Shown here: positions 7,630-18,373 of the stretch, in pieces
Layout of the letters: every line of letters begins with the position of its first letter
Numbering within the stretch: the first letter of the stretch is position 1
Assembly: GCA_051003155.1 (NCBI GenBank)
Contig: JBPCLO010000051.1
Span: 96,001 to 160,000, forward strand
Length of the DNA stretch: 64,000 bases
Direction of reading: 5' to 3'
Source of the DNA: Fimbriimonadales bacterium
Lineage (GTDB): Bacteria > Armatimonadota > Fimbriimonadia > Fimbriimonadales > ATM1
Program-made: the position numbers and the translations under genes
The notes under the pieces: generated by a model
Database searches by the model: none
The model's input: the letters and a program-made list of their open reading frames with translations, nothing else
Told to the model about the DNA's origin: nothing

Positions 7630-9258
7630 TTAGTCGTTCGAATCCAAATCTACAGCTGGCGCGTCATCATCCCGACCGCGTCCCTTGGTCGACGGCTCGT
7701 TGATCTCTTTTAGCCCAAGCAAAGGAATGTCGACCTTGGCCGTCTTGGCCTTCTTTGATCGCCCACTCGGTTGCAGGCGCCTTGAGCGTCCGCCTTTGAA
7801 TATATTTCCAAGAACCCCGCGAACAATCGATCTACCAGCTTGTCCAGCAACTGATATAATCACGCGCATAATTGAATTTCCGACCGCTGTTGGAAGTGAA
7901 GCCCCCCTTCCTGTTCTCTCTCTATTGGCTACAGGCTCTTCGTTTACTGCTCCGGGAGCTGTTTTAGTGGAAGCCGCCGCCAACCGTTCAGCGAGCATCT
8001 CGTAGGCCGACTCGCGATCAACGGTCTCCTCATATTTTTCGCGGACCGGGCTGGCGTCGATAATCCCGCCGCGTTCCTGTGCGGTAATCGGGCCAAGCCG
8101 GGATGACGGTGGCCGGATCAACGTCTTCTGTACTATCGAGGGTACGCCCTTTTCCTCCAGTACCGAGACCAGAGCCTCGCCGACTTCAAGTTGGATGATG
8201 GCTTCTTCTACGTTCACGTTCGGATTTGGCCGGAATGTCTCTGCCGCGGCGCGCACCGCTTTTTGCTCTCGCGGTGTATATGCGCGCAGTGCATGTTGAA
8301 TCCGGCTTCCCAATTGCCCCAGAATCTTGTCGGGAACATCGAGTGGGTTCTGGGTGATGAAGAACACGCCCACACCCTTGGACCGCACGAGTCTGACCAC
8401 CTGCTCGATCTTCTCCACGAGCGCTGCGGGTGCGTCGTCGAACAGCAGATGCGCTTCGTCGAAGAAAAAGACCAACTTCGGTTTGTCGAGATCGCCCATC
8501 TCGGGGAGCTCCTCGAAAAGCTCGGTAAGCAGCCATAGGAGAAACGTCGCATAGAACCGTGGACTCTGCATTAGCTTTTCGGCAGAGATCACATTCACGT
8601 AGCCCTTGCCGTTCTCATCTACCTTCATGAGGTCGTTGATGTCCAGCGCAGTCTCGCCGAAGAATCCCTCCGCTCCCTGCTGTTCGAGGACGAGCAACGC
8701 CCTTTGGATCGCGCCGACGCTCGCGTCGGAAACGTTGCCGTATTGGACGGTGAAATCCTTAGAGTTCTCGGCCAAGAAGACGAGCATCTGGCGGAGGTCT
8801 TTGAGGTCCAAGAGCAACAACTCCTGCTCGTCCGCGATCTTGAACGCCATGTTCAGCACACCCTCTTGTGTGTCATTCAAGCTCATGAGCCGGGAGAGGA
8901 GTAGCGGGCCCATGTCGGAGACCGTTGCGCGGGTTGCGTGACCGGCCTGTGCGAACGGGTCCCAAAAGATTGTCGGGCAGGCTTTGAACTCATAAGGCTC
9001 GAATCTGATCTGCTGCGCGCGTTCGACCAGCTTTGGCTTCGGCTCTCCGGGCTGGCTGATGCCAGCGACGTCGCCCTTCACGTCAGCCATGAAAGTCGGA
9101 ACCCCGATGGCCGAGAAGCCCTCGGCAAGAATCTGCATCGAAACCGTCTTCCCGGTACCGGTTGCACCCGCAATGAGACCGTGTCGGTTGGCCATTTTGG
9201 GAAGGAGGTATAGCTCGGTTTCGCCGAGCCCGATGTAGATGCCCTTGCTCTCGTCCAT
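7630..9258 (-). CDS. DUF853/YjgR-family HerA-like P-loop ATPase
   Basis: NRHGLIAGATGTGKT Walker A, FFFDEAHLLF Walker B, LVRSKGVGVFFITQNP, QHALRAYTP family motifs. Confidence 0.93.
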   Translation of the reverse strand: MDESKGIYIGLGETELYLLPKMANRHGLIAGATGTGKTVSMQILAEGFSAIGVPTFMADVKGDVAGISQPGEPKPKLVERAQQIRFEPYEFKACPTIFWDPFAQAGHATRATVSDMGPLLLSRLMSLNDTQEGVLNMAFKIADEQELLLLDLKDLRQMLVFLAENSKDFTVQYGNVSDASVGAIQRALLVLEQQGAEGFFGETALDINDLMKVDENGKGYVNVISAEKLMQSPRFYATFLLWLLTELFEELPEMGDLDKPKLVFFFDEAHLLFDDAPAALVEKIEQVVRLVRSKGVGVFFITQNPLDVPDKILGQLGSRIQHALRAYTPREQKAVRAAAETFRPNPNVNVEEAIIQLEVGEALVSVLEEKGVPSIVQKTLIRPPSSRLGPITAQERGGIIDASPVREKYEETVDRESAYEMLAERLAAASTKTAPGAVNEEPVANRERTGRGASLPTAVGNSIMRVIISVAGQAGRSIVRGVLGNIFKGGRSRRLQPSGRSKKAKTAKVDIPLLGLKEINEPSTKGRGRDDDAPAVDLDSND

Positions 9259-9285
9259 GCGCGGTAATTGTGGCCCAAACGAGTC

Positions 9286-10401
9286 TTACTTCTTGGTCGC
9301 TTCTTCGAGCGCCTGGGCGAACTTCGCGCCGATCGTCTCCCAGCCGTAGCTCCGCACAGCCTCAGACCGCGCCCGGCGGCCCATTTCGGCGAGCTCGTTC
9401 CGCGGAGTCTCCGCGAGGCGGTTCATACCCTCCACCATCCCTTCAACGGTGTTGCCCACCACCCAACCAACTCCGAGGTCGCGAATTAGTTGCGCGGTGT
9501 CATACGCTTCGCCGCTCAAAATCGGCCTGCCCAGCGCGAGCGACTCGGGCCATTTGGTTGGCGCGGCGCCGTTCTTGTATTTCACGGCGTCCGGGTGGGC
9601 GACGATCACCGTGCAATCCGAATCCATTAGCTCTGCGATGAGCTTGTCGTGAGGCGTTTGCGAAGCGGTGATAATCCCGACGGCGTCGGCCCGGCGGCGA
9701 AGCCCAGCATCGCTTGGCGTGAACCCGATCATCTTCATGCGCAACTTCGCGTTGCCTACTCGCTCGTAGGCGCGCACCAGCCCGTCCGCTCCCTGATAGC
9801 CCACCATCGTTCCGGCATAGCAAAGCAGCGGCGGGCCGCTTGCCGCCGGTGGGCCGATGTCGAACCTTTCGAGGTCGACTCCATGCCGAACCTCGCGCAT
9901 TCGCTCCAGAGGGTAACCGCGCCGAGCATAGAAGTCCCGCTGAATCGAAGAGCACCAAAGCAGCATGTCGCTCTTCTTTACGCACGTCAACTCGGACACC
10001 GAAGCCTCGACATAGACGACGAAGTTTCGGAGCGACGGCTTCATGCGGAACTGCATCCACTTCTCGCCCACATGCGGCGTGTGAACGTCGTAGACGACCG
10101 GCACCTTCGTCTTCCGCAGAGCCCAGGCCGCCAGTCCCGTCGCCTCGGCGCTTGCCCCATAGACCGCCCTGAAATCTCCATATCGCTGGCGCAGCCAGCC
10201 GCTTTTCAGCATTCTTCGGATGGCGGAAGTATCACTCGAAGAGCGTCTGCTGTATACGGCGTCACTCTCGAATCTCCGAGCCTCCGCCTCCTTTCTCAAG
10301 CGATCAGCGCGGTGATAGTAAGCGATATTTTCGGGACGGCGCGTTTCCCCTTCGGTTCCGTACAAGACGTACCCGATCCTGCGGTTCTCCTTCAAATTCA
10401 T
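9286..10401 (-). CDS. Glycosyltransferase family 4 (GT-B)
   Basis: VVYDVH, HGVDLERF, YAGTM..YQG, PTKWPESLALGRPI and YGWETIG motifs; start uncertain (ORF track 10437). Confidence 0.85.
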   Translation of the reverse strand: MNLKENRRIGYVLYGTEGETRRPENIAYYHRADRLRKEAEARRFESDAVYSRRSSSDTSAIRRMLKSGWLRQRYGDFRAVYGASAEATGLAAWALRKTKVPVVYDVHTPHVGEKWMQFRMKPSLRNFVVYVEASVSELTCVKKSDMLLWCSSIQRDFYARRGYPLERMREVRHGVDLERFDIGPPAASGPPLLCYAGTMVGYQGADGLVRAYERVGNAKLRMKMIGFTPSDAGLRRRADAVGIITASQTPHDKLIAELMDSDCTVIVAHPDAVKYKNGAAPTKWPESLALGRPILSGEAYDTAQLIRDLGVGWVVGNTVEGMVEGMNRLAETPRNELAEMGRRARSEAVRSYGWETIGAKFAQALEEATKK

Positions 10402-10442
10402 CGAACACCGAAAGTCTACACCCCGGTACAATTCCACGACAC

Positions 10443-11192
10443 ATGAAGGCTCTAATCCCCGTATTCATCGTAGCCTACGCCCTCGCCGGCTGCTCCGCCA
10501 CGCGCTCAACTTCGGCCGACCAGATACTCGATGACGGCCTCACCTTGAAAATGAATGGCAAGCTGGGTGACCAAGATCGCTACAGAGTCCTGACCCAAAT
10601 GACGCTCGACATGTCGAACATGGCGCAGCCCAACGGAAAGTCGCCGAAGGACACGAAGATGACGACGAGCCTGTCGATGGACACTGTGAACACATTGAAG
10701 TCGGTGGCGGAAGGCAAATTCACATGGGCCATCAAGATAGCAAACGTTCAGGTCACCGGAAACATGCCTGGAGCCGACGCAGCGGCGAAGCAGTTGAAGG
10801 GCAAGGAATCTACCGTGGTCCTGGATGAGAGGGGCAAAATGCTCGCCGTAAAGGGTGAGCTCGAACAGATCATGGGCACTTCGGGAGGAAGTATCGCGAT
10901 CGAGCTTCCATCAAAGAAGATTCACGTTGGAGAAACCTGGGATACGGTCACAGAGGCATCGGGAGCCCAAATAACCACCACCTACAAGGCCAACAGAATA
11001 GAACAAGTCGACGGCGAAGACGCCCTGTACGTCACGGGCACGATCAAGCCCAACTCGACCGTCAAGAACGAGGGCCCGGTCAAGGCTTGGATCAGCATCG
11101 AGACCGGCCGAATCCTTAAATCGGAAGCGACGATCGAGCTAATCGAACTCGGCGGCGCAAAGGTCAAGGCTTCGATCACCAAGGTTCGCTAA
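10443..11192 (+). CDS. Predicted lipoprotein, unknown function
   Basis: Lipobox LAGC after a hydrophobic stretch; beta-rich body. Confidence 0.7.
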   Translation: MKALIPVFIVAYALAGCSATRSTSADQILDDGLTLKMNGKLGDQDRYRVLTQMTLDMSNMAQPNGKSPKDTKMTTSLSMDTVNTLKSVAEGKFTWAIKIANVQVTGNMPGADAAAKQLKGKESTVVLDERGKMLAVKGELEQIMGTSGGSIAIELPSKKIHVGETWDTVTEASGAQITTTYKANRIEQVDGEDALYVTGTIKPNSTVKNEGPVKAWISIETGRILKSEATIELIELGGAKVKASITKVR

Positions 11193-11256
11193 CATGTGGG
11201 CACGCGAACGATTCCAACCGAACTATTAGTCTATGAAAGGACAGCTGGCTCATTAA

Positions 11257-13251
11257 ATGAAAAACCTACGCGCGATTACATTTTCCCTCGGCTTCCTAGC
11301 TCTCACAAGCTGCGCCTTCGCCCAGTGGATTCACCTCAAATACGACTCCTTCGATCCGGCGGTGAGGACGCCGAGCATTCCCCAAGAGCTCGTTGCGGGC
11401 TGGATCAGCGGAGAGACTCATTACATATTGCAGTTCGCCCGGCGTCCGTCCGCCCAGGAGCTTGGACGGGTCGCTTCGGTTGTGCGACTTGGCGGCTATT
11501 TGCCGGAGCATGCCTATGTGGTTGCCGCGACACCGTCGCAGGTCTCGTTCCTGCGCGGCTTGCCGGGTGTCCGGTGGCTCGGCGCTTTCCAGCCGGCATA
11601 TAAGCTGAGCAACGACATCGGCCATCGCAGCTTCTACTCCAACGATCGCATTAGCGAAAGGCTCGGCGGAATGTACCGCTTCACGGCGACCCTGTTCGAT
11701 GGCGCGGATGCCGGCGCGACCTTGGCGAAATGCGCACGCAGCGGCATTGAAGTCATCAGCGCAAGCCGCGTCGGGCCGCGTTGGGTTCTCTCGCTGCGCG
11801 GAACTCTCGATAAGGCTGCCGCTCTTGCCCACATGGACGACGTCGGGTTCATTGAGGAATCGGCCGATCATGCGCTTCGCAACGACATTACCAAGTGGGT
11901 CGGGCAGTCAAACACCAACGGTGAAGTCCCCGTTTGGAATAAGGGTATCCGGGGCGAGAACCAGATCGCGGGACTCATCGACAGCAAAGTGTACATGCCG
12001 CACAACATGTTCAAGGACGCCTCCAACAACACGCCAGGACCCAACCACCGAAAGGTCATCTATTACTCGTCCCAGTCCGGCTTCGGCGGCGGCGATTTCC
12101 ACGGAACTCATACGGCGGGCACATTTGCCGGAGACCAGGAGCCGATTACCGGCTCTATAGTCCGCAACGGAATGGCCTACAGAGCCAAGATCGCCTTCAC
12201 GAACCTGAACGACGTTTGGGGTGGCGACCTCTACAGCGCGCTTTTGGGCGCTCACAACGTCGGCGCCCGAGTCCACTCGAACTCCTGGGGCGACGACGGA
12301 ACTACCCAGTACACCAGCGATTGTCAACAGATCGACCAGTACTCTTGGGATCACGAGAACGGCATGGTGGCGTTCGCCGTCACCAATTTGAATTCGCTGA
12401 AGACTCCCGAGAACGCGAAGAGTGTCTTGGCGGTCGGCGCGTCCGAACAGGCTCCCAATCAGGCACAGCATGGGTCGGGCGGAGCGGGACCCACCAACGA
12501 CGGCCGCCGCAAGCCGGAGGTCTATTCCCCAGGTGTCGGAATCTGGTCGGCCCAGAGCGGCAATCCCAATGGTTACGCGCAGGCGACCGGCACCTCGATG
12601 GCCTGCCCGTCCGCAAGCGGATTCGGGCTTTTGGCGAGGCAGTACTACACCGAAGGCTGGCTGCGCACCGGCGCGGCCAATCCCGTTGACGGGTTCGAAC
12701 CGTCCGGCGCTCTCCTTAGGGCGACCCTTATGAACGGCTCCGTCGACATGACCGGCATTGCCGGTTATCCGAGCAACTCCGAAGGCTGGGGGCGCATCCT
12801 CCTCGACAATGTGCTTTGGTTCGCCGGAGAGCCGCGGCGAACGCTTGCCTGGGATATCCGAAACGCAACGGGGCTCGTGACGGGGCAGACTTACACCGGC
12901 GCGGCCATCGCTGTTCAGACGAGCAGTCTCCCGCTGCGCGTAACGATGTCGTTCACGGATTATCCCGCACAAGTTTTCACCAACTTCGCGGCAGTCAACG
13001 ACGTCGACCTCGAGGTGGTTGCCCCCGACGGAACCGTTTACCGCGGCAACGTCTTTTCCGGTGGCCAATCGACGAGCGGAGGAGCGGCGGACGTCAAGAA
13101 CAGCACCGAAATGGTCGTCTTCAACACGCCGGCTCCAGGCATCTACCGAATCCGGGTCAAGGCTCGCGAGGTGAATCAGGGTGGGCGGCAAGGGTTTGCT
13201 TTGGTGGCGAACGGCCGCATCAGCCCGGCTTCGAGATCGACCCGCTCGTAG
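11257..13251 (+). CDS. Secreted S8 subtilisin-like serine peptidase with C-terminal beta-sandwich (PPC/P-domain-like)
   Basis: Signal peptide; catalytic GLID, HGTHTAG, GTSMACP; VNDVDLEV...NSTEMV C-terminal domain. Confidence 0.92.
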   Translation: MKNLRAITFSLGFLALTSCAFAQWIHLKYDSFDPAVRTPSIPQELVAGWISGETHYILQFARRPSAQELGRVASVVRLGGYLPEHAYVVAATPSQVSFLRGLPGVRWLGAFQPAYKLSNDIGHRSFYSNDRISERLGGMYRFTATLFDGADAGATLAKCARSGIEVISASRVGPRWVLSLRGTLDKAAALAHMDDVGFIEESADHALRNDITKWVGQSNTNGEVPVWNKGIRGENQIAGLIDSKVYMPHNMFKDASNNTPGPNHRKVIYYSSQSGFGGGDFHGTHTAGTFAGDQEPITGSIVRNGMAYRAKIAFTNLNDVWGGDLYSALLGAHNVGARVHSNSWGDDGTTQYTSDCQQIDQYSWDHENGMVAFAVTNLNSLKTPENAKSVLAVGASEQAPNQAQHGSGGAGPTNDGRRKPEVYSPGVGIWSAQSGNPNGYAQATGTSMACPSASGFGLLARQYYTEGWLRTGAANPVDGFEPSGALLRATLMNGSVDMTGIAGYPSNSEGWGRILLDNVLWFAGEPRRTLAWDIRNATGLVTGQTYTGAAIAVQTSSLPLRVTMSFTDYPAQVFTNFAAVNDVDLEVVAPDGTVYRGNVFSGGQSTSGGAADVKNSTEMVVFNTPAPGIYRIRVKAREVNQGGRQGFALVANGRISPASRSTRS

Positions 13252-13505
13252 CTTCGGCTTAGCCTGGCTCTCTCGCTGATGGTCAGTTGATCGGAAGGGG
13301 GGCGCCTCTGGGCCGACCCGGCGCTCCCTTGCAGGACGCGGAATGTCGTCATCACGAGAGCTACGCGCCAGGGAATGTGACGTGATGACGCCTATTCATT
13401 GTCAGGCGGTTATCCTCATCCAACTGCTGACTGAGGACTCCAAGGGGCTGAGCGACAACTGTCTGCACCTCGCCGCCGGAGCGGCGATGGCAGTTGCGGG
13501 GTGGA

Positions 13506-14546
13506 TTACACCAGTGCAACTTCGTTCGCGCCGCGCGTAACCTCGCCGATGATGAAGGCGGTTTCGCCGGCGTCGTTGAGCCTTTGGACGACGGCGCCTG
13601 CCGCTTCGCTGGGGCAAACGAGCGCAATGCCGATGCCCATGTTAAAGACGTGGAACATCTCTTCGTCATCGATTCCGCCGGCTTCTTGAATGATTCCGAA
13701 AATGGGGTTCGGGGTCCACGAGCGCCTCTCGATAACCGCGCCGAAGCTCGATCCGAGGGCCCGGGGCAGGTTTTCGTAGAGGCCGCCGCCGGTGATGTGC
13801 GCCATGGCACGAACCAACCCACCCTCGTCGATCAGTGGGCCGATCGACGACAGGTATGACCGGTGCGGCCGGAGCAATTCCTCCGCCAGGCTCCGGCCTA
13901 GGTCGGGCAACTGCTCGGTGTGTGCGCGATTGCCGCGTTTGAAGAGGGCGGCCCGGGCGAGTGAAAAGCCGTTGGTGTGGAGGCCGTCCGAAGCAAGGCC
14001 GACGATGAGGTCGCCGTGGCCGACGTTGGCAGATGGCAGGATTTGGTTGCGATCCACAACGCCCGTAATGGCGCCGACTACGTCGAATTCGCCGTCGGTG
14101 TAAACGCCCGGCATCTCGGCGGTTTCGCCACCCAGAAGGGCACAACCGTTCTCGCGACACGCTTCCGCAGCGCCGTCCACGATGTCGGCGAGAATGTCCA
14201 CTGAAAGTTTCGCCGTGCCGAAATAGTCCATGAAGAAAAGCGGCTTCGCCCCCTGGACGAGGATGTCATTAACGCTGTGGCATACGATATCGCGGCCAAG
14301 ACCGCGATAGAGCCCGGCTTTCGCCGCTACCGCCGTCTTGGTGCCCACTCCATCGATGCTGCTGACGAGAACGGGGTCCGCCAGGCCAGGGAAGACGCCC
14401 GAGATCATCCCGCCGAAAGCGCCGACATCGCCAATAACGGTAGGGGTGTAGGTCGAGCGAATGGACTCTTTGATGGAATCGAGGGAGCGGCGCGCCTCGG
14501 TGAGATTTACCCCGGCGCTGCGATAACTCAAGCCGTCCTCGGACAT
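13506..14546 (-). CDS. purM: Phosphoribosylformylglycinamidine cyclo-ligase (AIR synthetase)
   Basis: DGVGTK, GGETAEMPG, GLHTNGFS, HITGGG, FNMGIG motifs. Confidence 0.97.
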   Translation of the reverse strand: MSEDGLSYRSAGVNLTEARRSLDSIKESIRSTYTPTVIGDVGAFGGMISGVFPGLADPVLVSSIDGVGTKTAVAAKAGLYRGLGRDIVCHSVNDILVQGAKPLFFMDYFGTAKLSVDILADIVDGAAEACRENGCALLGGETAEMPGVYTDGEFDVVGAITGVVDRNQILPSANVGHGDLIVGLASDGLHTNGFSLARAALFKRGNRAHTEQLPDLGRSLAEELLRPHRSYLSSIGPLIDEGGLVRAMAHITGGGLYENLPRALGSSFGAVIERRSWTPNPIFGIIQEAGGIDDEEMFHVFNMGIGIALVCPSEAAGAVVQRLNDAGETAFIIGEVTRGANEVALV

Positions 14547-14569
14547 GGCGTTTAGGTTACCCGCTGACC

Positions 14570-14917
14570 CTAGGTGCAGTATGCGAGCTGCTGGTTGGCC
14601 CTCTCGTGATCGGGATCGATGAGGAGGACGCTACGAAACTCCGCGCAAGCCTCGTCGAAGAACCCGAGCATGTTGAGGGTCATTGCGTAGTCGTACCGGA
14701 TCTCCGTGTCGCCGGGCGCTTGCTCCGAAAGTTCTCTTAGAGCGGCGAGGCTTCCGTCAAAATCGCCCTCGAATCCCATGATAAGGGCCAATTGCCACCG
14801 GGCTTTGGGGTGGCCGGGAGAGCTCGCTAGGACAGCCTCGAACGCTTCGCGCGCGAGGGCATAGTTGCCCTCGCACCGATGGGTATAACCGATTTCGTAT
14901 TGCTCTCCGGGCGTCAT
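14570..14917 (-). CDS. Small tetratricopeptide-repeat protein
   Basis: About three TPR-like helical repeats ending IDPDH. Confidence 0.8.
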   Translation of the reverse strand: MTPGEQYEIGYTHRCEGNYALAREAFEAVLASSPGHPKARWQLALIMGFEGDFDGSLAALRELSEQAPGDTEIRYDYAMTLNMLGFFDEACAEFRSVLLIDPDHERANQQLAYCT

Positions 14918-14965
14918 GGACGACAGTCGTTGCCGGGACGCCGATTGGTGCGACCCTGTGGGATT

Positions 14966-16888
14966 CTACGTTTCCGCAGTACCCGGTTTCAACTTCGGCG
15001 GGATAATTCCTTCTTTCTTGGCGGGCTTTTCGCTTTCGACGATCTTGGCTTTGTCCTCCGACGGCTTCCCCGAAGTGCCTTCCATGATCCGGAGGAACTC
15101 TTCTCGCTCGAGCGTCTCGTTCTCCAGGAGTGCGGCGACGACCGCGTCGAGCTTCTGCCGGTGCATTTCCAGGATTTCGGTGGCGCGCCGATGGCATGTC
15201 TCTACGATCTCGCGCACTTCGTCGTCGATGAGCTTCGCGACGTCTTCGCTGTAGTTGCGCTCATCCATGTAGTCGCGACCTAGGAACGGGTTGTGGCTGC
15301 GGCGGCCGAGGGTGAGCGTGCCGAGCTTGTCGCTCATGCCGTATTGGCAAACCATGGCGCGCGTGATGGCCGTTACTCGTTCAAGGTCGTTGCTCGCGCC
15401 CGTGGTCACTTCGCCGTACACCAGTTCTTCCGCGACTCGGCCGGCAAGCAAAGCAGTCACGTCATCCATCAATTCCTGCTTGCTGACAAGATACTTGTCG
15501 CTCATCGGAAGCTGCCAGGTGCTGCCGAGCGACATTCCGCGCGGCAAAATCGTCACCTTGTGGACCGGGTCGGTGTATTCCAGCAGTTCACCCACGACGG
15601 CGTGTCCGGCCTCGTGGTAAGCGATGGTTTCGCGCTCTTTGGGGTCGAGGACCCTGCTCTTTCGTTGCGGACCCGCGATCACTCGGTCTAGCGCCTCTTC
15701 GATGCTGGACTGGGCGATTTTGGGTTCGCCCTTGCGCGCGCTGAGCAACGCAGATTCGTTGAGGGTATTCGCGAGGTCCGCTCCCGTGAAGCCGACCGTT
15801 CGCTTCGCAATCAGGTCGAGGCGCACATCGTCTTCGAACGGCTTGCCCTTCGAGTGAATCTTGAGAATCTCCTCTCGGCCCTTAGCATCGGGCGCGTCTA
15901 CGACGATCTGGCGGTCGAATCGGCCGGGCCTCAGGAGTGCCGGGTCGAGAACGTCAGGCCGGTTGGTAGCCGCGATCATGATGACGCCGGAGTTCGGATC
16001 GAATCCGTCCATTTCGACGAGCAATTGGTTTAGGGTCTGCTCGCGCTCGTCGTGGCCGCCACCAAGTCCCGCTCCGCGCTGGCGTCCGACGGCGTCGATC
16101 TCATCGACGAAAATCAGGCTGGGGCGATGTGCCTTGGCAGTTTCAAAAAGGTCTCGAACGCGGGCCGCGCCCACACCGACGAACATCTCGACGAAGTCCG
16201 AGCCGCTAATATGGAAGAAGGGCACACCTGCCTCTCCCGCTACCGCCCGCGCAAGGTGGGTCTTGCCGCAGCCCGGAGGGCCGGTCAGAAGAACGCCCTT
16301 CGGGATCTTGGCCCCAAGCGCCACATACTTCTTCGTGTTCTTGAGGAAGTCGACGATTTCTTCGAGCTCTGCTCGGGCCTCGTCGATGCCGGCCACGTCT
16401 TCGAAGGTCACCTTGGGAATGCTCTCGTTCACACGTCGAGCTTTGCTCCTGCCGAAACTCAGCGCTTGGTTCCCGCTTGCCTGCGCCTGTCGGATAAAAA
16501 AGTACCAAAGTGCGACCAGGATGGCGATGGGAACGAGCAGCGTGATGAGCGTAGCCATGAGCCCGTCGCTGATCATCGGGTCTTTGAAGTTTACTTTGAC
16601 TTTGTTGTTGTCGAGGACCGCCGTTAGGCTTTCGCCGAGTGGGGTTTGCTTTTCGACAGCGTTGACAATCCGCTTGCTCTCGTCCGTGTACGTGGCGGTA
16701 ATCTTGTCTCGCTGCCACGAGACTTCGCGCACGAGCTTTACTTTGGCGTCTGCGAGGAGTTGGGAGTAGCTTATATGCTCCGGCCCCGGCGTAAATATGC
16801 CGCCACCGCTACCCATCGTGCTGATAAAGTAGATGAGTCCTGTCAATAAAATGATGGTGATGAAGAGTGTCCTGATTCGGCTGTTCAA
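14966..16888 (-). CDS. ftsH: ATP-dependent zinc metalloprotease FtsH
   Basis: Two TM segments, [18 protein letters not shown] region RPGRFDR, HEAGH; GGAGG before the TTG start. Confidence 0.98.
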   Translation of the reverse strand: MNSRIRTLFITIILLTGLIYFISTMGSGGGIFTPGPEHISYSQLLADAKVKLVREVSWQRDKITATYTDESKRIVNAVEKQTPLGESLTAVLDNNKVKVNFKDPMISDGLMATLITLLVPIAILVALWYFFIRQAQASGNQALSFGRSKARRVNESIPKVTFEDVAGIDEARAELEEIVDFLKNTKKYVALGAKIPKGVLLTGPPGCGKTHLARAVAGEAGVPFFHISGSDFVEMFVGVGAARVRDLFETAKAHRPSLIFVDEIDAVGRQRGAGLGGGHDEREQTLNQLLVEMDGFDPNSGVIMIAATNRPDVLDPALLRPGRFDRQIVVDAPDAKGREEILKIHSKGKPFEDDVRLDLIAKRTVGFTGADLANTLNESALLSARKGEPKIAQSSIEEALDRVIAGPQRKSRVLDPKERETIAYHEAGHAVVGELLEYTDPVHKVTILPRGMSLGSTWQLPMSDKYLVSKQELMDDVTALLAGRVAEELVYGEVTTGASNDLERVTAITRAMVCQYGMSDKLGTLTLGRRSHNPFLGRDYMDERNYSEDVAKLIDDEVREIVETCHRRATEILEMHRQKLDAVVAALLENETLEREEFLRIMEGTSGKPSEDKAKIVESEKPAKKEGIIPPKLKPGTAET

Positions 16889-16980
16889 AAATTCCTCCGG
16901 ACGCCGCCGCGCCCTTCAATGAGTCCTACGCCTTGCGACGCATAGGGGTTTCTATACGTTACGGGCACGAAGGCACACAA

Positions 16981-18363
16981 TTATACCGCTTCGCGGGTTC
17001 CGAGCGGGTTCAGGCGCATAGCGAGCTTGCGGCCTGCGCCCGATACTTTGACGCGCTCGGCGATTGAAATGGCAGGAATCCAAATGGGTCCGATCATATC
17101 GTAAACGATCGGCAGCCTGGCCTTCATGGCGGAGGTTACGTGTGAGTTAGTTAGCAAATCCTGCAGCTTTCGTTCACTTTTCGCCCCATAAGGCTTCATG
17201 CGATCGCCCGGCTGGAATGACCTGACGTACAGATTACCCTTGGCCCGATCCGAGTCGATGACGGCGTTCAGCGAGGCGCGTTCTCGAGGCGGCTCCTCAC
17301 ATGTCTCCCAAGCCGCCAACGACCACCCCATTTCGTCGCTGATCGTTTCGCCAGGGATTGTCAGCGCCTGCCGATAGGACGGCACAGGCATCAGGCTCCT
17401 CGCCCGGACTGTCTCCGCGTCGATCTCGACTACAACTAGGCCACCCTCGAACGTGATAGCGGTCGCTTCGCCTAACCTGATGGCCTCGGCGCACCTCTGC
17501 GCTTGCTCAAAATCGGCGACGGCGCCGAGCGCTCTGGCGAGCAGCCGAATGCCCCGGCGAACGAGAGCGAAGGGATAATGGCGGAGCCGGGCGGCGTTAA
17601 CGACGATCTCCAAATCGGCCACGAGGAACCGGAGTGGGTGCTCATTTGGGATTTCAGTGTTCTCAAGCATTGCCGTCGCCATCGCATCCAACAGGGCATC
17701 TTCTTCGCGGAGGATTTCGGCGAGTCGGGACGCGTTTTCTACAACCCGCTCGTTCACGCGCTCGAGGGCGCGAATCACATTCGACCGAATGTCGACCCGT
17801 GCGAACTGGGAGTCCTCGTTCGCCGGGTCGTCGTGAAACCACAGGCCGTTTTCCTCGCAATATGTCCTTGCCTCGTGCTTGCGTGCCCAAAGGAGCGGAC
17901 GAATCACGTAATCCCTCTCGATCGGAATCCCGGCGAGGCCGGCCATCCCCGATCCGCGCGCGAGGTTCATCAGCATGGATTCGGCGTTGTCGTCGGCGGT
18001 GTGCGCGGTCGCCACCTTTGCGCCCAGCTGCCGGTGGACCTGCCGGAAGAACTCGTATCTGGCATTTCGTCCGGCTTCCTCGATGCCGACTTTCGTCGCC
18101 GTGGCAATGGCAGGCACATCTGCCTGGCCGGAGAGAAACACCGCACCGATGCTGTTAGCGAATTGCTCGCATCGCTCCTGTTCATCGTCTGCCTCCGGCC
18201 TCTGGCCATGGTGGAGATGCACCGCAACCACGCTGTAACCGGCTCGGTGCAGGAGGTGGACCAGGCAGGTGGAATCTGCGCCCCCGGAGTAGCCGACGGC
18301 CACGCTCTGGCCGGGCACTAAAAGACGATGGTTGGCAACGAACGCCTTGAGTCGCGTCAGCAT
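16981..18363 (-). CDS. tilS: tRNA(Ile)-lysidine synthetase
   Basis: SGGADS PP-loop, TAHTADDNAE, IRPLL, DPAN, C-terminal GDRM..K domain. Confidence 0.95.
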   Translation of the reverse strand: MLTRLKAFVANHRLLVPGQSVAVGYSGGADSTCLVHLLHRAGYSVVAVHLHHGQRPEADDEQERCEQFANSIGAVFLSGQADVPAIATATKVGIEEAGRNARYEFFRQVHRQLGAKVATAHTADDNAESMLMNLARGSGMAGLAGIPIERDYVIRPLLWARKHEARTYCEENGLWFHDDPANEDSQFARVDIRSNVIRALERVNERVVENASRLAEILREEDALLDAMATAMLENTEIPNEHPLRFLVADLEIVVNAARLRHYPFALVRRGIRLLARALGAVADFEQAQRCAEAIRLGEATAITFEGGLVVVEIDAETVRARSLMPVPSYRQALTIPGETISDEMGWSLAAWETCEEPPRERASLNAVIDSDRAKGNLYVRSFQPGDRMKPYGAKSERKLQDLLTNSHVTSAMKARLPIVYDMIGPIWIPAISIAERVKVSGAGRKLAMRLNPLGTREAV

Positions 18364-18373
18364 GGAAACTGAA

